A stretch of DNA of 64,000 nt, from the IMG/VR virus record IMGVR_UViG_3300048033_001554, positions 20,354 to 84,353 of that record; one strand, given 5' to 3'. The position numbers and the translations under genes were made by a program. The notes below the pieces were generated by a model. That model was not told the DNA's origin, searched no databases, and was given only the letters and a program-made list of their open reading frames with translations. Below are positions 1 through 9,445 of this stretch, one piece after another (within the stretch, counting starts at the first letter, position 1; every line of letters starts with the position of its first letter). The DNA comes from a virus.

Positions 1-3000
1 GGTCTAATATAAACTTTAATATTAGTTCCATTTGGTCTATAACCAGTTAAATAAAGATTTAAATCTTCTGCATCTAAATCTTCAGCTAATTCAACAGTTT
101 TAGAAATATATTTAGATGTTGTCGCTGCATCATTAGTTGCTTGATATTGATAAGCAATCAAAGTAGACAATTCTAAATCAATTATTGGAGTTGATGTTAC
201 ATTAGATCTGTTAGCCATTGCAATATTAATATCAAAAGATTTTGGATTAATAAAGTTGTTAGACTTACTGTATATAACAGCACCTTTGCGAGTAAATTCG
301 TTATTATCACCGAATCTCATTGGCATATTATAAGTTGTGCTTAAATCATTAGGATCAGTAAATGTACCGCTCATCTCTGTAGTAGTAATAGAGTCATTTG
401 ATTTTTGAATCAAAGGCTGAACATAACTAATATTAATGTTATCAACACTACCAATAGTAGCTTCGGTTCCACTTTCAAATCCATAAATGGTATCACCTGC
501 TTCAAATCTCTTAGCAAGAGTTGCAGAACTTTCTTTAATATGCAATTCGTTTGCAGTAAATTTATTATAGTGAGAAACTTCTCCAGCAATAACTGGCTTA
601 CCATTACCGTTTGAGAAATTAAATGGTGTTGGAAATGTAGTAGTCATTTGAGTAGCGCTATCAACACTTGCAATCTTAAAGATTTCTGAAGTATCATTCC
701 CACTATTTGTTACTAAGATGTAATCACCAGCAGAATAATCAGTTCTAAAGTCATTTCCTATAGTAGTAACCACGTTCGTATTTTGAACCATGTTTACAGT
801 ATAACCAGTTGCGTCTACTTCTTTGTATACAAATTCGCCAGGATTAAATCTACCATCCCAGTCGCTTAATGTAAAGAATTCAAGGTCATTTGGAGCAAGT
901 GCGATTGTACCCGTGGCGCTGTTAAAGTTATGACGATATAACGTAAATTTAATATCTTCATCTTGAACTGATTGCCATGCCCTGTTGTTTGTTGATGTAA
1001 ATAGAACACCGTCACCCCAGTCCATAACAACAGATTGGCCGTTTGTTGCACCTGGGCTTAGGTCAATACCGCCAACTTTAGATGTAAAGTGTAAGTAATT
1101 AGGATCGTTTGCATCAGGTATAATTACAACGGCATATTCTTTTTCAACGTCCATTCTAACCGGAGCATCAAATGTTACCTCAGTGATTGCTGAAGCGTCA
1201 TCAGATACATTCACTTCAGTTGCTGGTATATGCACTTTAGAGAAAGGTAATACTTCTGCTGAAGGATACCCATTAACTACTTCTCTTAATTGAATTGTTA
1301 CACCATTAACATTACTCTTACGCTTGAAGTACAAGTCAACTTTTGAAACAAAGATTGAATTAGATCCAGCACCCATACCTTTTTTGATAAAGAATGTTTG
1401 TGATAAAGGGTCTGTTGTTGTTCTGGGATCACCGGTATCTCGTTGTTCTGGGCGGGTCACGCTTGAGACTCTAGAAGGTAAGTTTCTAGTTGTAGCTCCG
1501 CCATCTACAATTGACAGTTCTGGAACACGTGTAGAAAGATTAGAACTATTTTGCGATATAGAATATGCGTGGTATTCGATTGCTGTAAGAGAAGTAGATC
1601 CTGAAGTAATAGCACCAAAAGAATCAACATCAGTGATAGTGATTGTTCTATCGCCTACATAAAAAGTATCGCTTGGAATAGTAAATACTGCTCTAATTAC
1701 ACCATTTGCATCTGTCATCACGGCTGCTTCAAGCTCACCAAATCTTCCTACAGATCTAGCATCCATAGCGTCAGTTGTACCTGGTCTAACGTGAGCGTTT
1801 ACATCAACGCCATCAAAGAAGAAATAATGTCGTGTATTAGGACGCAAGCCTGATGCATATATCTTAATATTTCTAGATCTCATAAATGGATTAAAATTAA
1901 CGTTAGTAAGGAAGTCACCTACTTTATTTAATCCGCCATCTTGAACATTTAAAACTTGTTCTATACCAGATTGAGTTACTGGTACAGTAGTTGTTGTAGT
2001 TCTACCTGCACGTGTTACAACTGGTCTACCATTAACTACTTCACCCCAGTTAACGCCAGTGACTGGCATTAACGATTGAAGCTCTTGGAAAGGAGAAAGC
2101 AAGTCAATTTCAACTGGAGTTGGATTAGCAATTGTATCAATACCCATATCATGACTAGGAGAAATTTGAGCTTGTCCTTGATATTTCCAAAAGTTACTTA
2201 CGCAGTTTCTAAAGCTTGTAGCATAAGGCTGACCAATTACTTTAATATTATCATTTCTTCCAAGTGTACCAATTTCAGCATCGTTAGTAGATGGGAAAAT
2301 AGAAGCACCCGTTCCAGACTTATATTTCAAGTCAATCATGAAAGTGTTTAACGCTGGAGTAAGAATTCTTTTGTCAAAGTGAATCGCTGCTTTATAATTA
2401 GGATCATTAATGTTTGCTATGTCAGAATCATTCATTGGATCTACAACATAACCATTTTTAAATCTTGTTAAACCGTTTTCATCAAGAATAAGTAAGTTTT
2501 CAGATTCTTGTTCTAACTGGTTCAAAGAAATATAATATTCTAATCCTTCAATTCTTTTTTCGATTTTTTCAATGTCTCGCATTGTGTAATTACGAGTTGC
2601 TTTCGCGGTAAGTTTAAGACCAGCTTCTACTTTTCCAGATTCCAAAGCTTCTCTAGGACTTAAAGCAGGATAGCCTGGAATTTTAATTTGACCGATAATT
2701 AATTTATCTTGATCAGTAACTGGAGTCAATGGTCTTTCTGATTCTTTACCTTTAATGATTTCCATTCCCCCGTAAGAATCTACTGCAATTGCATCAATTC
2801 TTGAAAGGTAATGTTCTAAATCTGCAGTAACATTAGATCTTAAAGCTGGTACTGTAGTATTACCAGTGAACTGGTTAGTATATCCGCCAACCGCAGTCGT
2901 AATTAAACCTGCATCCCCGGTTGTTGTATCCGAATAGCTAACAGCTGCGTCTATAGTTGCATGAGGTCTAAAGTCAACAGAGTTTCTTAAGTTATATACT

Positions 3001-5105
3001 TTTCCGTTTGTCGCGCGATAAGTTTCAATATCAATAGATCTAACAGTGTCTGCAGCTGGAGTATCGCTATCATCAACAGGGTAACTATTAATATTAAAGA
3101 AGTGTGTGCCAGAAGTAACAACTTTTTCAAAAGCTCTAAGCTTAATTTCAATAATGCCTGCGGCTGGTGCAGGTCTACCACTAATATATTCAATGTATGA
3201 AATATCGTAGAAATGGTCGTTTTGATTTGACTCGAGCCTAAAGCTATTTGTTACATCAGTATTTGTTGAATCTAAAATTCTTTCAATTTTAAATACATCT
3301 GGGAAGCCTACACTATACTTAGTAGTTCCAGGAACAAAAGCATTTCTTACATATAATGTTTTAACGCCTTTACTGGCTGGTATAGATTTGTCGGCATTGA
3401 GTCTTTTGTTGTAATATAATGTTCCGTTTCCAGCAGCGCCATCTGCAGGATCTAAATCTACTGTTAAGAATTGTTCTGATCCATTAATTGTAACATTATA
3501 ATTTGTGATACCAATAAGAGTATTTGTATCATCAACAAACACCATATCATCTTGGTTAATACCAAAATCTTCATTTGGCAATTGCTGAACATTTACTTGG
3601 TTACTAACGACTGTTAAGTTTGTTTGAGCTCTTACCGGAATAATAGCATCTGATATTTCTTTAAGATAGTTCGTGCCAGAATCAAATACCATAGGAGAGT
3701 TTTTAAACTCTTGTACTTTTGATCCAGCTGCTATTGTAATGATGCCAGATGTTCCAATAACACGAGTAACAGCTTCAAAAACATTTGGTGACTGCATTTT
3801 AATATTAAACAAATACAGTTTAGTTTCTGTAATATTTTTTACAATTGCAGAACCAATAGAAACTCCACCGGCATTTTGCAAGTCTACAGTTTCATAGTTA
3901 ATATCAATTCTGCCGCTAATATCAGTAATGTTTACATAAGAACCGTAATCAATTGAAATTGCTTGGTTTTGTTGAATATTAGTTTCAGTAACGTTATCTA
4001 TTTCAAAAGAGCGAGTACCAACATTTTCTGCGCGGTATCCTTTAACATACGCTGTACCTTTACCGACAAGCGCATTCAACGTTCCATTTCTTCTATCTAA
4101 ATCAATTTTAAATTTATCAGAGACATAGTTACCAGATTCTTCATATGTTCTTTTAGCCATTTCTTCATTAATAGAATTAAACTGAGTTACATCACGTAAC
4201 GTAACAGCATTACCATTATCATATCTAATTAAGCTAAAGAAGTTTGAATCTACGTCAGCTTCTGCGGCTGATTTAACAGCAAGCTTAGGAACCATTTTAA
4301 GTCTATCAGCGCCTGGTGCATTTTCGTTTAATGAACCATTTGCGTTGTCATATAATCTTCCATCTTGCAATGCGTTAATAAGTTGCTCTTCAACTACGAA
4401 GCCAACTGAAACATCTGTAGGTTGATTATCGTATTTAGAAACAACCAATGTTTGGTCGTCTGTAAATAGGAAGTGTCCTTTTTGGAAAACGATACCAGGT
4501 GTCGATTGAACACCAAACGAGTTTCCTACATGAGGAGAAAGAAGAGTGACGTTAATTTGTTCAACATTTAATTCTGTTAAATCTGTTCTTAAAGTAGAAC
4601 CTTCATAAATGTATTTGTTGATTGTTAGCGCTTCACCAGCTGAGAAAACAGCCCTGCCACCAGTTTCGGTGTTTAAGTAATTGACATAGAATGTGTTTAA
4701 GTTTGGTGGACGTGTTTCGAAACCACGAGAAGCTGTAACAATAGATGCCTTAAGTCCTGTTGAGCTTTCGAGTTCGTAAACTACGCTGATGTCTTTAACA
4801 ACACCACCTTCTGTAAGAGTATCTTCTCCGCCAATATACGATTCAACGTCAAATCCAGTTTTATCTACAAGTTTAACAAATTGAAGGCTGTCCAACTCAG
4901 TAAAGTTACACCCTTTAATAACACTACCTTCTTGGTAAATGTTATCGCCAAATTGCTCAATCTGATTTTGAAGAATCGTTTGAAGTTGAGTCAGCTCTCT
5001 TGCCTGCACGGCATATGCTGGTTTAAACAGAATTTTATAAAACTGTTTCTCGAGATCAAAGTCATCGAAATATGGAGCAATGTTTAAGTCTGTATTAATA
5101 GGCAT
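1..5105 (-). CDS. Large virion structural protein (DUF4815/VrlC-like), 3' end runs off the window
   Basis: Absent from the ORF track, as expected for a frame with no stop inside the window. ATG at 5105 gives MPINTDLNIAPYFDDFDLEKQFYKILFKPAYAVQARELTQLQTILQNQIEQFGDNIY, the typical N-terminus of this T4-like family. The same frame reads ...NLYLTGYRPNGTNIKVYIRP at the window edge. Confidence 0.85.
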   Translation of the reverse strand, partial: MPINTDLNIAPYFDDFDLEKQFYKILFKPAYAVQARELTQLQTILQNQIEQFGDNIYQEGSVIKGCNFTELDSLQFVKLVDKTGFDVESYIGGEDTLTEGGVVKDISVVYELESSTGLKASIVTASRGFETRPPNLNTFYVNYLNTETGGRAVFSAGEALTINKYIYEGSTLRTDLTELNVEQINVTLLSPHVGNSFGVQSTPGIVFQKGHFLFTDDQTLVVSKYDNQPTDVSVGFVVEEQLINALQDGRLYDNANGSLNENAPGADRLKMVPKLAVKSAAEADVDSNFFSLIRYDNGNAVTLRDVTQFNSINEEMAKRTYEESGNYVSDKFKIDLDRRNGTLNALVGKGTAYVKGYRAENVGTRSFEIDNVTETNIQQNQAISIDYGSYVNITDISGRIDINYETVDLQNAGGVSIGSAIVKNITETKLYLFNIKMQSPNVFEAVTRVIGTSGIITIAAGSKVQEFKNSPMVFDSGTNYLKEISDAIIPVRAQTNLTVVSNQVNVQQLPNEDFGINQDDMVFVDDTNTLIGITNYNVTINGSEQFLTVDLDPADGAAGNGTLYYNKRLNADKSIPASKGVKTLYVRNAFVPGTTKYSVGFPDVFKIERILDSTNTDVTNSFRLESNQNDHFYDISYIEYISGRPAPAAGIIEIKLRAFEKVVTSGTHFFNINSYPVDDSDTPAADTVRSIDIETYRATNGKVYNLRNSVDFRPHATIDAAVSYSDTTTGDAGLITTAVGGYTNQFTGNTTVPALRSNVTADLEHYLSRIDAIAVDSYGGMEIIKGKESERPLTPVTDQDKLIIGQIKIPGYPALSPREALESGKVEAGLKLTAKATRNYTMRDIEKIEKRIEGLEYYISLNQLEQESENLLILDENGLTRFKNGYVVDPMNDSDIANINDPNYKAAIHFDKRILTPALNTFMIDLKYKSGTGASIFPSTNDAEIGTLGRNDNIKVIGQPYATSFRNCVSNFWKYQGQAQISPSHDMGIDTIANPTPVEIDLLSPFQELQSLMPVTGVNWGEVVNGRPVVTRAGRTTTTTVPVTQSGIEQVLNVQDGGLNKVGDFLTNVNFNPFMRSRNIKIYASGLRPNTRHYFFFDGVDVNAHVRPGTTDAMDARSVGRFGELEAAVMTDANGVIRAVFTIPSDTFYVGDRTITITDVDSFGAITSGSTSLTAIEYHAYSISQNSSNLSTRVPELSIVDGGATTRNLPSRVSSVTRPEQRDTGDPRTTTDPLSQTFFIKKGMGAGSNSIFVSKVDLYFKRKSNVNGVTIQLREVVNGYPSAEVLPFSKVHIPATEVNVSDDASAITEVTFDAPVRMDVEKEYAVVIIPDANDPNYLHFTSKVGGIDLSPGATNGQSVVMDWGDGVLFTSTNNRAWQSVQDEDIKFTLYRHNFNSATGTIALAPNDLEFFTLSDWDGRFNPGEFVYKEVDATGYTVNMVQNTNVVTTIGNDFRTDYSAGDYILVTNSGNDTSEIFKIASVDSATQMTTTFPTPFNFSNGNGKPVIAGEVSHYNKFTANELHIKESSATLAKRFEAGDTIYGFESGTEATIGSVDNINISYVQPLIQKSNDSITTTEMSGTFTDPNDLSTTYNMPMRFGDNNEFTRKGAVIYSKSNNFINPKSFDINIAMANRSNVTSTPIIDLELSTLIAYQYQATNDAATTSKYISKTVELAEDLDAEDLNLYLTGYRPNGTNIKVYIR

Positions 5106-5119
5106 CTATTTTCGTTTCC

Positions 5120-6793
5120 TTAAAATTCTAAGACCAGTTTATATTCTTCTCGTGAAGTTACGCTTCTTTCTAAAGGAACAAAATCTTCCATGAAGTATAC
5201 TGTTCCTGATCTTTGAGTATATCTTGATTCAATTACATTGTTGGCTACAGGTGTATTTATCTGTAATGTTTGGCCAGTCTCGTTGATTAATGGCTTAGTG
5301 TAATCAAAAGATATATCGTTATTTGATTGATTAGTATAAGGACCGCTATAACTTGTAATAAAAATTGAGTTAGAGCTTGCTTGGACTGCGTGTACTCTAC
5401 CTTCAAACGTTTTGTTGTTGTTAATGTCAGTTTGTTTTACTAACGTATTAACTTCTACTTTGCCATAATCGTTTGTGATAATTTGAATTCTGTTATCAAA
5501 CACAAGAGGAGAAGCAGTATTTGCGTTGTCCGGATCTGCTGCAAACTCTGGGTTTTTAATTAAACCTACGGCAGAGTATGAATTTGATTGCCCAATTTGG
5601 TTATTGTCTGATTCTGTAATGTATGCATACATTAGTATATTTCTGCAATGCATTTCATCAATCAAATTAAAGTTATGACCACCAAACGGAGAAAGAACAG
5701 GTCTTAAAACAGCTCTAACGTCGATAGTGTTTCTATTTGATGGATCAAAGTTAATTTGTGGATCTACTACCGTTGCAGTAACGTTATTATAATCATTACC
5801 TGCTTGCAATACTTCGACGCCTGTTACTCGACCTTCTGTAACAATAGCAACTACTTCACCACCATGACCATCGCCTTCGAGTTTAATAGTTGGAACAATT
5901 CTAAAAGAAGAAGATCCAACAATTCCATCTCCAAGAGGATCGCCAATAACTCTAACTTTAGCAATGTCTGACGCTGGGTTTTCATCCCATCTGTATGTAT
6001 CAATTATATAGCTTTTAGATACTTCATTTGCTTTATTCGTAATGTAAATAGTCATCCCAGAATAAAAGTTAGAAGTTTCTGATAAGTTGGCATTTCTAAT
6101 CAAGAATGTGCCATCATTGTTTGGAGTATTAATAATGATTCCATTTTCAACTGATGGATACCCAAAGTTATCAAAAGCATTTTCTACTATAACGTCACTA
6201 ATTTGAGAACCAGTAATTTCAACATTAGTATTAGCCACAGGATCAAATCTTTCTGCAACTGGATTAATATCAAATACTTTTTCTAAAGGAATGTAACCAA
6301 CCGCGTTATATGCTTCAAACTCTTGTTCAGTCAAATAGTACATAAATTTCCAGACATATCCATCTGTTTCCGCGTATATTTGACCTTTAGTTTCAGCATT
6401 ATAGTTTGGAGGAGAAATTGATGCAGCTCCGTTGTTATTGTCTAAACACTTATAAACTCGATAATCGCCAGAGTCATTATTGTTTGGTCCAACTACCGCA
6501 TAAAACTTTTTATCTTCCAAGTTTGATTCGTCATCATATTGATCGTACACCGCGTCAGATTGCCAAGGATAATACTTAATCATAAACTTAATATCTTCTG
6601 GGTATACTTTTTTACCAAAAACGATATTTTCTTTAAATTGAGTTTTACTATTCAACGAATTTACAGCATTAACGCGCGAAAGCTCATCTATCGTAATAGA
6701 TGAAACTGCGAAATAGTATTCATTATTAAGAATGTCATCGTAGACTATTCTTATTGTATCATTCTTTAATTTTGTAGTTAATACTTCTGCCAT
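5120..6793 (-). CDS. gp8: Baseplate wedge protein gp8-like
   Basis: YRVYKCLDNN, DGYVWKFMY and C-terminal R..SREEYKLVLEF motifs; located in the baseplate module. Confidence 0.8.
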   Translation of the reverse strand: MAEVLTTKLKNDTIRIVYDDILNNEYYFAVSSITIDELSRVNAVNSLNSKTQFKENIVFGKKVYPEDIKFMIKYYPWQSDAVYDQYDDESNLEDKKFYAVVGPNNNDSGDYRVYKCLDNNNGAASISPPNYNAETKGQIYAETDGYVWKFMYYLTEQEFEAYNAVGYIPLEKVFDINPVAERFDPVANTNVEITGSQISDVIVENAFDNFGYPSVENGIIINTPNNDGTFLIRNANLSETSNFYSGMTIYITNKANEVSKSYIIDTYRWDENPASDIAKVRVIGDPLGDGIVGSSSFRIVPTIKLEGDGHGGEVVAIVTEGRVTGVEVLQAGNDYNNVTATVVDPQINFDPSNRNTIDVRAVLRPVLSPFGGHNFNLIDEMHCRNILMYAYITESDNNQIGQSNSYSAVGLIKNPEFAADPDNANTASPLVFDNRIQIITNDYGKVEVNTLVKQTDINNNKTFEGRVHAVQASSNSIFITSYSGPYTNQSNNDISFDYTKPLINETGQTLQINTPVANNVIESRYTQRSGTVYFMEDFVPLERSVTSREEYKLVLEF

Positions 6794-6815
6794 GTCACAC
6801 CTTGTGCTTTTCTAA

Positions 6816-6823
6816 TATTTATA
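6816..6823 (-). promoter_or_regulatory. T4-type late promoter TATAAATA
   Basis: Exact TATAAATA on the minus strand about 23 nt upstream of the gp8 ATG. Confidence 0.7.
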
Positions 6824-6830
6824 AACTATT

Positions 6831-8498
6831 TTAGCCGCGTCTTCTAATACGTGGCCTTGGATACGTTGCGCCAGACGATGGCCTTGGTTTAAAATTTCTT
6901 TGTGGAAAAGTAGATCCATTTATAGCTCTTTGATTAATCCACCTTAAATATCTATTTGGTGCTCCTTGGAGACTATTCACATCAGTTGAATCGTCAGTAC
7001 CAGTATCAAACATTTGATCTATTGAAGCATTGTCAATTAACCATTGTTGAGCTTCAGCCTGTGTAATACTTGGCCAAGATTCTGCTAATAAAGCCAAGAC
7101 TCCAGCTACTTGAGGTCCTGACATGCTCGTTCCTTGATATTTGTCAAAATTATAACCAGATAATCTTGGATCTGCAATATCACCAGTCCTAGCATGCACG
7201 CTACTTTGGATGGCTTCGCCCGCAGCATATATGTCTACTTGATTGCCACAATTAGAAAACGGAGCTTTTTCTTCAGTTGTTCTATTGGACGTTGCACCAA
7301 CAACAATAGCAGGTGCATAACCTGCGCCTGAACCGGTACCTTTGTTTAGTGCCCATTGTAAATTGAATCCGTTATAAGTCATGTAATATATGTTATTGAA
7401 ATCTTGATCTGAAGAATTTACGATTTTCCAAGAGTCATTACCAGCAGAAGCAACTACAATAATACCATCATTCATTGCATCTTGTATATCTGCTTCTCGT
7501 GAATTAAAATAATTTGGGATGCTTGTTGTAGTAGAAGTAGCATAAAACCCGCGAGAAGTCATTTCGTTCAATGTTAATTCTCTGCCTGGATTAAAATCAA
7601 CACCTCTATAATTTACTCTGGTTACTCCACCGGTAGTATACGCATCACTATAATTTGAAATAATAGTAGATCCATAGCTATTGTTCGTAATAGTTGGATT
7701 TCTTCTACCGGTTTCTGGATTGATTGGTTTACTGTTGTGCCAAGCACGTATGTAGTCCCACATAACGGCACTAGAGAGACTGTTAGGGTTCGTACCGTAT
7801 GGACTTATATTATAAATGTTAGCATCTCTAGCCCACCCCTGAGTGTTTCCAGCAACAGTTCCTGCGCAGTGACAACCATGATTATTATCTTCGGCATCTA
7901 TAGAATTAGTGTAAGAACCAGCTCTATCATAAACGTAAGTACCATTAGCACCACCCGTTACAGCATTTGTATGTTGAAACCAATTATATTGAACTACTCT
8001 AGATCCGCCAGATCCATCAGGATTAACTGCAAACTCTGGGTGATTAGGATCTATATGTCCATCAACAATTAAAACATCTACATTTTTACCTGATGCGGTG
8101 ATGGTTAAATTATCTGTTACTAGTGAAGAACCGTTGTCGCCCCAATTAGTTCTATTTGTTTCTTCGGTGTGTCTAAGCAAACCCCAGTTTAAATCACTAG
8201 CATCATCAAACCAGCTTTTATCAAATTCACCATTTGTGATAGAATAACCATGTGGTATTGTTGTTAACTCTAAAAGCTCAGCCAAATCAACGCCAACAAC
8301 TCTATCATCAGCTTTAATTAATTCTACTTCATCTAGTGTTAACATATAATGTGTATTTCTAGAAGTAGGTCTTTTGTTTACTACGTCAACGGCTCTATCT
8401 GGAATAAACAAATTGCCACCAGGTGTTTCCATGTCTTCATAAAAAGATTCTAAATCTTCTTTGCTACGAAGAGTAACAATCCATTCCATCAGTTCCAT
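6831..8498 (-). CDS. Subtilisin-like S8 serine peptidase
   Basis: Catalytic motifs VLIVDG, NHGCHCAGTVAG, ASAGNDS and GTSMSGP. Confidence 0.9.
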   Translation of the reverse strand: MELMEWIVTLRSKEDLESFYEDMETPGGNLFIPDRAVDVVNKRPTSRNTHYMLTLDEVELIKADDRVVGVDLAELLELTTIPHGYSITNGEFDKSWFDDASDLNWGLLRHTEETNRTNWGDNGSSLVTDNLTITASGKNVDVLIVDGHIDPNHPEFAVNPDGSGGSRVVQYNWFQHTNAVTGGANGTYVYDRAGSYTNSIDAEDNNHGCHCAGTVAGNTQGWARDANIYNISPYGTNPNSLSSAVMWDYIRAWHNSKPINPETGRRNPTITNNSYGSTIISNYSDAYTTGGVTRVNYRGVDFNPGRELTLNEMTSRGFYATSTTTSIPNYFNSREADIQDAMNDGIIVVASAGNDSWKIVNSSDQDFNNIYYMTYNGFNLQWALNKGTGSGAGYAPAIVVGATSNRTTEEKAPFSNCGNQVDIYAAGEAIQSSVHARTGDIADPRLSGYNFDKYQGTSMSGPQVAGVLALLAESWPSITQAEAQQWLIDNASIDQMFDTGTDDSTDVNSLQGAPNRYLRWINQRAINGSTFPQRNFKPRPSSGATYPRPRIRRRG

Positions 8499-8499
8499 C

Positions 8500-9414
8500 T
8501 TAAGCCTCCAGCTGGAGAACTGTGAGAGTTACTTGTACGGTTCCTGTTGAACCTGATTTGTTTGTAACTCTGCAAGGAATATTTGTAGTAGGAGTAGATT
8601 CCATGTTATATCCTATTGCACCTGGAGATACAAGTACTGTTTCGGCTCCAGTTGTAATTACTTCAGCAATAACTCCCGCGTCCGGCGCAGGGTCAGATGT
8701 TTCAGCTCTGCCAGCGTCAGCAGTTCTTGATGCGCCGTTTGCATAAATTCTTACCCAAGCTGCTTTATCGGTTTGGATTGATAAAAGACCATAGCCTTTA
8801 AATCCATCGATATCTAAATTTGCAGCAGCACCGTTTGCCAAAGATGAAGTTGTGCCCGCTTTAGCAGATCTTGTCTGCAATGATCCACCACTTAGCAATC
8901 CACCTGTATCTGTTAAATCACTAACATCAGCTGGAATAACTGGTGGTGTATAAGTGAATACGCCGTTTGTATTATTATATGCAATGCTGCCATCACCTGA
9001 AGCGGATCCTTCAGCACCAACACTTAAATCTGTTAATGCAATACCGCCGCCAGACGCTGCGTTTATCCAATCGTAATCTGTACCAGTCCAAGATAAAATC
9101 TGGTTATTTGATGCTGTACTTGTATTTAAATGTGCATCAACATCTGAGTTAAAATATCCAGCTGCGGTATTAGCAAATGTAAATCCGCCATCACCGTCTG
9201 TTGTAAGAACCTGCCCAGTATTTCCATCTGTTATTCCAAGATCTATTAATTCGGCTGGGATTACTGGTTTATCGGTAAGATCGTCATAACTCCCGCTGAA
9301 AGATAAATTGTATAATTCATCAAAATTAGAAACGATTTTAATCATGGCATTTCTTAGCGCATCGCCTGTACCATCGTTTTCGTTTAGGCCATAATTGATA
9401 ACTTGCTTAGCCAT
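8500..9414 (-). CDS. Baseplate/tail-fibre connector-like virion protein with gp9/gp10-type N-terminus
   Basis: MAKQVINYG..NDGTGDALRNAMIKIVSNFDELY N-terminus; GQVLTTDG fibre-type motif; Gly/Thr-rich. Confidence 0.65.
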   Translation of the reverse strand: MAKQVINYGLNENDGTGDALRNAMIKIVSNFDELYNLSFSGSYDDLTDKPVIPAELIDLGITDGNTGQVLTTDGDGGFTFANTAAGYFNSDVDAHLNTSTASNNQILSWTGTDYDWINAASGGGIALTDLSVGAEGSASGDGSIAYNNTNGVFTYTPPVIPADVSDLTDTGGLLSGGSLQTRSAKAGTTSSLANGAAANLDIDGFKGYGLLSIQTDKAAWVRIYANGASRTADAGRAETSDPAPDAGVIAEVITTGAETVLVSPGAIGYNMESTPTTNIPCRVTNKSGSTGTVQVTLTVLQLEA

Positions 9415-9445
9415 GATAGCTCCTGTTTAATTTATAGTTATTTAT

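Noticed and set aside
405-5087. Short ORFs listed in the track over the first 5 kb
   Set aside because: They are shadows of the single long minus-strand frame starting at 5105
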